Below, piece by piece: positions 57,066 through 64,000 of a stretch of 64,000 bases of DNA. A program made the translations under genes and the position numbers. Under the pieces are notes generated by a model. That model worked only from the letters and a program-made list of their open reading frames with translations, had not been told where the DNA came from and ran no database searches. The DNA comes from an uncultured Pseudomonadota bacterium (GTDB lineage: Bacteria; Pseudomonadota; Alphaproteobacteria; Rs-D84). The DNA lies in the NCBI GenBank assembly GCA_902795435.1, contig CADBLE010000008.1:28028-92027 (forward strand), given 5' to 3'. Numbering within the stretch: position 1 is the stretch's first letter; the number at the start of each line of letters is the position of its first letter.

Positions 57066-59834
57066 TTATTGACCTGTCTTATCAACCAAGCTTCCTCTGT
57101 TTACTTTCTTCATAGGAATCTTGTCTGTTGCTGTAACTTTTGCATCTTTGTCTTGTTGCCAACTCCAGCAACAACCCGCAACACGTCTTGAACAACGATA
57201 TTCTTTACGTGTTACAGTACATGTGCTTGTAGCGGAATCATACGCAACTGTTGCACCGTATGTAACACCACGACGGCCACGTCTTGTGCAACCTGTATAG
57301 AAATCAGGTGTTTCTTTTCTTGCGTTACACATAGCTTCATTATATCTATGTTGTTTATCCGCTTCGAATTGAACGATTTCATCTATACGTGCATCAAGTT
57401 TCTTTTGTACGTCATCCCATTTGTCTTCTTTCAACTTATTGATTTGACCTGCATAAAGTTCCCATAATTGGTCAACCAATTGTTGTGCAATAACAACCTT
57501 GTAAGCATCTAACAAGTTAGGGAATCTTGCACCATTACCAGAATCAGAAGGAGATGTTCCATCTTTCTTGGAAATGCCTTGGAAATCTTTACCAACCAAA
57601 CAAGCGTTCACAGTTCTGTCTGCTTGAATTTGTTTGATTTTCAGATTGAAAGCATTCTGCATAGCAACTTCCAATTTTTCCAAATCAGATTCTTTATATC
57701 CCGCTGTCGCATCAACATTTGTCAAAGGATCATGAGAGAAGATTTTTTCTGGAACCGGTGTTGCATTTGCATTTGCATTTGCTGCATCTTGTGCAACTGG
57801 GGCAACTGGTGTTGCAGAAAAGTCCTTATATCCAACAACTGACAAATCTAAACGACCAACGACACGTGGTGTAATCTTACCGGCAATCAAATCTTCTTTA
57901 GCAAATGAATATGCATCTGCTGAACAAGTTGTTGTGCCTTCTTTACACAATTGAACTGTCAAGATATCGTTTACGAACAAGTTATCTGACAAAGTTGCGT
58001 TTTCACAAGTTGTTGTTCCACCACAAACTTCTGTCATTGCTTTATCCGCAGCTTCTTCACAGATTTCGCCATAAGAATTATTGATATTCAAAGCCAAACC
58101 TTGCGCAACTTCTGCAACATAATCTTGAACTGTGTCTTTGTTATATTTTGTTTGGCAAGCGATAAGTTTGTCAAATGGGCAAAGAGCAACTATACGATCT
58201 GTAGATAAACCAATACAGCCAGCATAATCTTCACCGCAACGATCTTCGCTTTGCAAACATTCTTTAATTTGTTCTGTACATCTATCAACACGGTCTGCAG
58301 CCAATTTAGCCTGAACGTATGCAACAACGTCATTTTCAGAACCTACATCACCGCAACGTTTGATTTCTAATGAACAGTAGTTTTTAATAGAATCTGGATT
58401 TGACAAACATGAATCGTAGTTGTCTGTTCCTTCATCCATACCTGCAGATTTACATGATTTCTTTACACAGTTAATGATTGTTGTTAAACAATTCATACGT
58501 GAATTAGAAGCCATGTTATATTCTGTATTATAAACTGTCAAAGCAATGTCTTTCATAAATTCACCAAGAACTTTACCGCCAGCCAATGTAACACCACCGT
58601 TAGCGTTTTGACATTGACGAACAACAGATTCACAACGCATTGCTTTATTCTGCAAGATATCGTATGTTGCAGAAGAAATTGTTACAGTTGTAGCACCTGT
58701 TTTGATTTGGGTTGTAGCAACCTTACCATTTTTTGTGCCTTTTGTTTTTCCATATAAAGCACTCAAAATAGAAGTGTCAGCAACGCAACCGCCGAAATCT
58801 GTTCCGCATTCACCAGTTGTTTGCATACATTGTTTAAACGCGATTACGCAAGAACCCAAATCTTCGTATTTGTTTTTGTTCTTTTCTTCGTCCAACAATG
58901 CTTCACGAACTGCTCTTTGTGCTGTTTGCAATTTTTGAGCAGATGCTGTTCTTTGTTGTTTCAAAGCATTTTCGTAACCCGTACAATCTGAACGGATTTT
59001 TTGAGCGTATGTTTGTTGCAACATAGCAGCTGCTGTTTTACATTGACTTGGGATTTGTTGTGTACAAATCTTTGCGGCAGATTTATGTAATTCATCACCT
59101 TTTTTGTTTGCCAAATCATCTTCGATTTTGAAATCGTCTTTTTCTTCGTCTCCACCGAATATTTCATCATCATCAAACATAGATGAATTATTCCAAGCAG
59201 ACAAATCTAATTCTCTCTTCTTTGATGTATTAGCAGCAGCCTGTTGCTTTTTTTCTTCATCGGTCAAGAATTCTTTTTCCAAAGATTTTGCACGAGCATC
59301 AATTTGAGAAGCCAATTCACCCATTTGGACTTTTTCAACACCCTGTGTTGCCAAATTCATACTCTTTTCGTCCAACTTCATAATTTCATCAAGAATCTTG
59401 TCTAATTCTGTAATTCTGTCATTACATTGACAACGACCACCAGAAGCATTATCCATCATACAGAAAGCGTCCATACATCCATAGTATGCATTTTGACATT
59501 CTGTACTTATAGTTGTGTTTTCAACAGCAGTTGAAACCTTGGTTCCCATGTTGATTGCTTTCTTAGTAGCAGCAGCACGCGCACCATTTGGTTTACCAGC
59601 AGATGGCTTTGTTGCAGCAGCATTTGAACCACCAGTTGTTGAACCTGTGGATTTGCCAGGATTAGTAACCTTGCCACCACCCATTTTTGCGGCACGGGCG
59701 CCATTTGGTTTTGGTGCGGCACTGGCATTTGAACCAGATGTTCCACCACCACGTCCACTACGAGGTGCAGCGAAAGTGCTGGTTTCCACGGCACACATAG
59801 CCATGATTATCGGTAAAATTAAAAGTTTTTTCAT
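57066..59834 (-). CDS. Large secreted cysteine-dense protein, family member P5 (922 aa)
   Basis: Start trimmed to MKKLLILPIIMAMCAVETSTFA (ATG at 59832-59834). Gly/Ala/Lys-rich N-region with KPNGARAA twice. Motif ECQNAYYGCMDAFCMMDNASGGRCQC. Colinear with P1. Confidence 0.8.
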   Translation of the reverse strand: MKKLLILPIIMAMCAVETSTFAAPRSGRGGGTSGSNASAAPKPNGARAAKMGGGKVTNPGKSTGSTTGGSNAAATKPSAGKPNGARAAATKKAINMGTKVSTAVENTTISTECQNAYYGCMDAFCMMDNASGGRCQCNDRITELDKILDEIMKLDEKSMNLATQGVEKVQMGELASQIDARAKSLEKEFLTDEEKKQQAAANTSKKRELDLSAWNNSSMFDDDEIFGGDEEKDDFKIEDDLANKKGDELHKSAAKICTQQIPSQCKTAAAMLQQTYAQKIRSDCTGYENALKQQRTASAQKLQTAQRAVREALLDEEKNKNKYEDLGSCVIAFKQCMQTTGECGTDFGGCVADTSILSALYGKTKGTKNGKVATTQIKTGATTVTISSATYDILQNKAMRCESVVRQCQNANGGVTLAGGKVLGEFMKDIALTVYNTEYNMASNSRMNCLTTIINCVKKSCKSAGMDEGTDNYDSCLSNPDSIKNYCSLEIKRCGDVGSENDVVAYVQAKLAADRVDRCTEQIKECLQSEDRCGEDYAGCIGLSTDRIVALCPFDKLIACQTKYNKDTVQDYVAEVAQGLALNINNSYGEICEEAADKAMTEVCGGTTTCENATLSDNLFVNDILTVQLCKEGTTTCSADAYSFAKEDLIAGKITPRVVGRLDLSVVGYKDFSATPVAPVAQDAANANANATPVPEKIFSHDPLTNVDATAGYKESDLEKLEVAMQNAFNLKIKQIQADRTVNACLVGKDFQGISKKDGTSPSDSGNGARFPNLLDAYKVVIAQQLVDQLWELYAGQINKLKEDKWDDVQKKLDARIDEIVQFEADKQHRYNEAMCNARKETPDFYTGCTRRGRRGVTYGATVAYDSATSTCTVTRKEYRCSRRVAGCCWSWQQDKDAKVTATDKIPMKKVNRGSLVDKTGQ

Positions 59835-59859
59835 AAAGTACTCCTTAACCTTTACGGTT

Positions 59860-59888
59860 ATTTTATCATAATCACCAAATATTGACAA
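59860..59888 (-). promoter_or_regulatory. Candidate sigma-70 promoter of P5
   Basis: On the minus strand: TTGTCA (59883-88), 17-nt spacer, TAAAAT (59860-65), about 25 nt before the ATG. Confidence 0.45.
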
Positions 59889-60035
59889 GCACATTTTTAT
59901 ACAAAAAAAGAAAAAATTTCTACATTTTGAAAAATTTTTATAAAAAAACACATCTTATATTTGACAAACCATTTTTATCGTGCTAGTTTTTGTCGGCTTG
60001 CCCTAAAAAAAGTGGGTCAAAATAAAGGTTAAAAA

Positions 60036-60419
60036 ATGAGATTAAAAAAACGTACTTATGTAATAGACATAAAATCTTTTCCTCAGGTTTTTTGCGATCA
60101 CTATGCCGATCACACTTATATTCCTGTGACAATATTATCTGTCAATGGACAAAAAATTCCAAGACCAACATCTGAAATACCAACAAAATTATTACCATCA
60201 TTTGAAACAATCAGAATGTTGGCTGATTTTTATTACAAACCAAAATCACATACAAGATATTCTTTGACGGTTGTTGAATATCACACCAGAAACCAAGAAC
60301 CAATTGCGTATTTATATCCAAACGGTATGGTGTCTTATACAAAACACCCAACAAACAATGCAATCAAACGCGATATAGCATATCAAATTGCATTACGTCA
60401 AAACGCATTGTCTAAATAA
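60036..60419 (+). CDS. Hypothetical protein (127 aa)
   Basis: ORF track; upstream TTGACA-N17-TAGTTT; own terminator; no family recognised. Confidence 0.45.
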   Translation: MRLKKRTYVIDIKSFPQVFCDHYADHTYIPVTILSVNGQKIPRPTSEIPTKLLPSFETIRMLADFYYKPKSHTRYSLTVVEYHTRNQEPIAYLYPNGMVSYTKHPTNNAIKRDIAYQIALRQNALSK

Positions 60420-60436
60420 AAAAATAAAATAAAAAA

Positions 60437-60462
60437 ATACCACCGATTTGGTGGTATTTTTT
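60437..60462. terminator. Bidirectional terminator between 60036-60419 and rplQ
   Basis: Stem ATACCACC (60437-44) / GGTGGTAT (60450-57) with A and T runs on either side. Confidence 0.75.
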
Positions 60463-60476
60463 ATATTACTGAAAAA

Positions 60477-61028
60477 TTATTTTCCAGTTGCACGACGTTT
60501 AACAGCCACTGTTTTTGTAGTTTTTGCAGCCTTTGGTGCAGAAACTTTCTTTTCAGCAGTTGCTTTCTTTTCTGTTTTTGGTGCAGAAGTTTTTGTTTCT
60601 TCTTTTGCAACAGGTTCTGCTTTTTCAGCAGCAACAGTTTTTGGTGCAACTTTCTTTGCATTTTCGTCACGGTCAACCAATTCAATAATAGCCATTGGTG
60701 CCGCATCACCATAACGGAAGCCCGCTTTCAAAACGCGAGTGTAACCGCCCGGACGTTTTGCATAACGTGGTCCCAATACAGCGAACAATTTTTTAACTGT
60801 TTTATCAGAATTGTTACCCAATTCAGAAGCAGTCAAACGACGATTTGCAACAGTATCCACTTTTGCGCGGGTAATCAATTTTTCAACCACACTGCGCAAA
60901 TCTTTTGCTTTTGGTAAAGTTGTTTTAATTTGTTCTTTTTCAATCAAATTTTTTGCCAAACCAATAAACATGGCTTTGCGAGCATTTGTGTCGCGATTGA
61001 AAGTACGACCTGCTTTCATATGTCTCAT
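60477..61028 (-). CDS. rplQ: 50S ribosomal protein L17 with Lys/Ala/Thr-rich C-terminal extension
   Basis: [20 protein letters not shown]...; core ends near ...[10 protein letters not shown], then a low-complexity basic tail of about 60 aa. Confidence 0.9.
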   Translation of the reverse strand: MRHMKAGRTFNRDTNARKAMFIGLAKNLIEKEQIKTTLPKAKDLRSVVEKLITRAKVDTVANRRLTASELGNNSDKTVKKLFAVLGPRYAKRPGGYTRVLKAGFRYGDAAPMAIIELVDRDENAKKVAPKTVAAEKAEPVAKEETKTSAPKTEKKATAEKKVSAPKAAKTTKTVAVKRRATGK

Positions 61029-61141
61029 TGATTACTCCTTTTGTTTGCTTCTGCCCTGACATTTAATTACACCAGGGATTCATTTGAGACACCATAACCT
61101 GGGGTTACACCCCAGTATTATGGAATTTATAAAGACCATTA

Positions 61142-62170
61142 TTATTTATAAGGATCTTCGTATTTTTTTGCCAATTCAGAAATATTTTCTGGTGGCCAAC
61201 CTGGAACTTCCATACCCAATGACAATCCCATTGCTTCCAATTGAGCCTTGATTTCGTTCAAAGATTTACGGCCGAAATTAGGTGTTTTCAACATATCATT
61301 TTCGGTCTTTTGAACCAATTCGCCCAACCAGTTGATTTTGTCGTTCTTTAAGCAATTTGTTGCACGAACAGACAATTCAAGTTCATCAACACGTTTCAAT
61401 AACTTTGGATCAAATGGCAAAGTGTCTTTTGATTTTTCGTCATCATCTTCAACAGAAGACATTGCAGGATCTTCAAAATTGATAAATCCTGTCAATTGGT
61501 CTGTCAAGATACGTGCTGCGAAAGCGATTGCATCTTCTGGAGATACAGAACCGTTAGTTTTAACAGTCAATTCCAATTTATCATAATCTGTGTTTTGTCC
61601 AACACGAGTTGGTGAAACATTGGACGCAACATTCAAAATTGGTGAATAAATTGAATCTACTGGGATAGTTCCCAATGGTAAATCAACAGCATTGATATTT
61701 GCAGGTACATAACCACGGCCAGAATTCAAAGTTATTTCCATATCAAAAGAAGCGCCTGCGTCCAAAGTGCAGATTTCAGCGTCTTTGTTCATAACTTCAA
61801 CATTGCCAGATGTTTCAATCATACCAGCAGTTACAACAGCAGGACCTTTGACTTTCAATTCTGCCTTGTGTTGACCTTCGGTCAGGGCTTTGAAATAAAC
61901 GCCCTTCAAATTTAACAGGATATCTGTGATATCTTCACGAACACCAGACAAAGATGTGAATTCGTGTTGAGCACCTTCAATTTTTACATAGACAGGTGCA
62001 CATCCCTGTAAAGAAGACAACAACACACGACGCAAAGCGGTTCCCAATGTTAAACCGAAACCTTTTTCCAAAGGTTCAGCGATCAATGTTGCAATATTAG
62101 GATTATGTTCATCAACTTTGATATTCATTTTTTTTGGTTTTATCAAAGTCATCCAGTTTTTTTCAATCAT
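61142..62170 (-). CDS. rpoA: DNA-directed RNA polymerase subunit alpha
   Basis: N-terminal domain ...[18 protein letters not shown]-terminal domain [14 protein letters not shown]...[10 protein letters not shown]. Confidence 0.96.
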   Translation of the reverse strand: MIEKNWMTLIKPKKMNIKVDEHNPNIATLIAEPLEKGFGLTLGTALRRVLLSSLQGCAPVYVKIEGAQHEFTSLSGVREDITDILLNLKGVYFKALTEGQHKAELKVKGPAVVTAGMIETSGNVEVMNKDAEICTLDAGASFDMEITLNSGRGYVPANINAVDLPLGTIPVDSIYSPILNVASNVSPTRVGQNTDYDKLELTVKTNGSVSPEDAIAFAARILTDQLTGFINFEDPAMSSVEDDDEKSKDTLPFDPKLLKRVDELELSVRATNCLKNDKINWLGELVQKTENDMLKTPNFGRKSLNEIKAQLEAMGLSLGMEVPGWPPENISELAKKYEDPYK

Positions 62171-62310
62171 TTTAAAAACTCCATAAGGCTTAGTTTATTA
62201 TTTTCGCCACACGGCACACACCTGATTTTTCAAGTATGCCCGGAAATTTTAATCTAAAAAACCAATAAAGTCAAATAAAATCACAATATTATTTTATAAT
62301 TTACAAACAC

Positions 62311-64000
62311 CTAATTTCCCGCAGGTTCTTTGTTTGTTATATGATACATTTTTTCAAAACTCATTGGTATTTCCGCTATTTCAAAGCACCAATTCTGATT
62401 TTGTTTGTCTTTTATGCAAAACTTTTTTGCATCAATATATGTATTGCAAACACTTGATTGACAAGTTGTTTCATCACTAGAATTACATACGGTTCCCTTG
62501 CCACTTGTCGTTTTACCGTTTTGGCACGCAACACAATTACCAACTGCGCCACTACACGCCATACCTTTCCAAGAATAAGTTCCCTGGACACATTCATATT
62601 TATCACCATTCATACAACAAGAACCCGCCGGACATTCTGTCCAAACATTGCTTTCTTGATAGTATGTATTTGCATCATCCACTACTTTAGCCAATTCAGC
62701 ATATGTTAAACACCATTTCAATTTCATGTTACTTGAATCTGTATATAAAGCGGTATTCCCACCACATGTTTCGCATTTAAAAGTGTTTGTGCTTGTATCC
62801 CACAAGAATCCCTTGTTATCTGAACATGGTTTGCAAGTGTGAGGTGCCTGGTCGGTTCCTATGTTAACACCATTAGGGCAACCTTGACAAACCGTTCCGT
62901 GTCCACCTTCTGTAACAATATCTACAATTTGCCCAGCAGTTGGATTAGCAGCAGCTTGACCACACACACAACTATTGCCTACGACACGTTCTATATCTTT
63001 GCATTGATGACAAACACGAATATTATGGTTACCATCATTGAACGTACTAAATTTTACCACTCTAAAATCTTCATATTCTGCTGAGTTTGTTGCTTGTAAC
63101 TCATAAGTGTCTGGATATCCATTTACTATAGAACATTCTGCATATTCAAAACCGCTATAATAACTATCTTCATGATTTTCTCTATATGTTACTTCTGATA
63201 CAATCTCATATGTTTTGTTTGAATTGTGTAAAAAACCCTTATTTGAATTATTAACACCTTTTTTTAAAGATACACATGAATTATTAAAGGTTCCATTAGT
63301 TTGCCCATTTACTGTTCCGAACGGACATTTTATCTTTGTTTTTCTATTACATGCAAAATTTTTCGGACAAGGTTGACAAGTTTGTTCCGAAAACCATTGG
63401 TCTGTATCACACTGTTCACATTTACCTTCTTCTGTATTAAAATATTGATATTCACCACAACAAACGTTTACATTTGTATCTCCAGCAGATACAGTATACG
63501 AATTATCACATGTTTCTACACACTCTTTGCTATCAAAATCATAATACCCACTGCAATAAGCACAACTGCCATCTTGTATTACTTGATAATCACCACATTC
63601 TAATTCACAAGAATAGACCCTTGGTTTTTTTATATCTTGTTTTGACGTCATTCCATAAATAGAACATTTAACACATTGACTATAGGATGTTCCTTCTATT
63701 ATTTGGGAAAATTTCCCATATCCTTTTTCATTATTAAATCCAGTCTCAGTACAATAGTTAACACACCTAGAATTATCATATTTTGCAACTTGGACAGACC
63801 CACACGTTTTATACTTATAATAATATTTCTCATTTCCATCTGAAACTTCGTCCGGCACTTTTCCAAAATCATTTTCACTGGTATATGTTATACATTTATA
63901 TCCCTCAGTATCTTCAACTGACGTTTCACCTGGGTGTTCGTCACCACCGCATTTCCGACATTCACCGTTTTCGGTGTCTCGCCCATATCCTTTCTTACAA
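62311..64000 (-). CDS. CxxC-repeat, extremely Cys-rich protein P6 (N-terminus beyond window edge)
   Basis: The ORF track starts it at a GTG (63858), but the frame stays open to position 63999 (manual translation: CKKGYGRDTENGECRKCGGDEHPGE...). Many C-x2-C modules: CQPCPKNFAC, CHQCKD, CQGCPNG, CKPCSD, CETCGG, CVACQNG, CPAGSCCMNG. Confidence 0.7.
   Translation of the reverse strand, partial: CKKGYGRDTENGECRKCGGDEHPGETSVEDTEGYKCITYTSENDFGKVPDEVSDGNEKYYYKYKTCGSVQVAKYDNSRCVNYCTETGFNNEKGYGKFSQIIEGTSYSQCVKCSIYGMTSKQDIKKPRVYSCELECGDYQVIQDGSCAYCSGYYDFDSKECVETCDNSYTVSAGDTNVNVCCGEYQYFNTEEGKCEQCDTDQWFSEQTCQPCPKNFACNRKTKIKCPFGTVNGQTNGTFNNSCVSLKKGVNNSNKGFLHNSNKTYEIVSEVTYRENHEDSYYSGFEYAECSIVNGYPDTYELQATNSAEYEDFRVVKFSTFNDGNHNIRVCHQCKDIERVVGNSCVCGQAAANPTAGQIVDIVTEGGHGTVCQGCPNGVNIGTDQAPHTCKPCSDNKGFLWDTSTNTFKCETCGGNTALYTDSSNMKLKWCLTYAELAKVVDDANTYYQESNVWTECPAGSCCMNGDKYECVQGTYSWKGMACSGAVGNCVACQNGKTTSGKGTVCNSSDETTCQSSVCNTYIDAKKFCIKDKQNQNWCFEIAEIPMSFEKMYHITNKEPAGN

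Noticed and set aside
61029-61141. Hairpins in the rpoA-rplQ intergenic region (CTGGGGTGTAACCCCAG and CCCTG...CAGGG on the minus strand)
   Set aside because: These are probably ordinary intra-operon attenuator or processing structures, which are common between rpoA and rplQ. Without a following T-run they are not distinctive enough to call.

Overview
This is an AT-rich, gene-dense window from a diderm bacterium. All calls rest on manual motif and pattern recognition; no database search or folding computation was run.

A close CcrM-type methyltransferase, a CTTG-N17-CTTAT heat-shock promoter ahead of groESL, and CarD/CdnL and NrdR point to an alphaproteobacterium-like lineage. A single-chain pyruvate:ferredoxin oxidoreductase suggests an anaerobic lifestyle.

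The housekeeping backbone is: rho (partial), lptC-like/lptB, eno, ftsH, tilS, groES/groEL, ssb, carD, bamE, PFOR, ctpA, infA, clpP/clpX, pgk, rnhB, nrdR, ccrM, rplQ and rpoA.

Three things interrupt that backbone.

1. **Cysteine-dense secreted proteins I could not place in any family.** Four clear paralogs share the N-proximal motif C-x-(D/N)-x-Y-x-x-C-M-D-x-F-C and colinear downstream blocks. Nearby are a fifth cysteine-rich protein with glycine-zipper segments and a CxxC-repeat protein that runs off the window edge.

2. **Two directly repeated cassettes about 11 kb apart.**
   - Each encodes a surface-protein paralog with conserved termini and a divergent core.
   - Each has near-identical untranslated flanks and a leader hairpin that looks like a terminator.
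   - Each has a palindrome whose changes between copies are compensatory.
   - The upstream (TG)n tracts differ in length: 15 units in one copy, 10 in the other. This suggests phase or antigenic variation.
   - The cassettes bracket an accessory-looking segment: a Pmp-type autotransporter, two tandem kinase-like genes, and tRNA-Gln plus a tRNA 3'-half fragment.

3. **A structured leader upstream of a PAP2 phosphatase.** It has mutually exclusive terminator and antiterminator pairings and resembles an unclassified riboswitch or attenuator.
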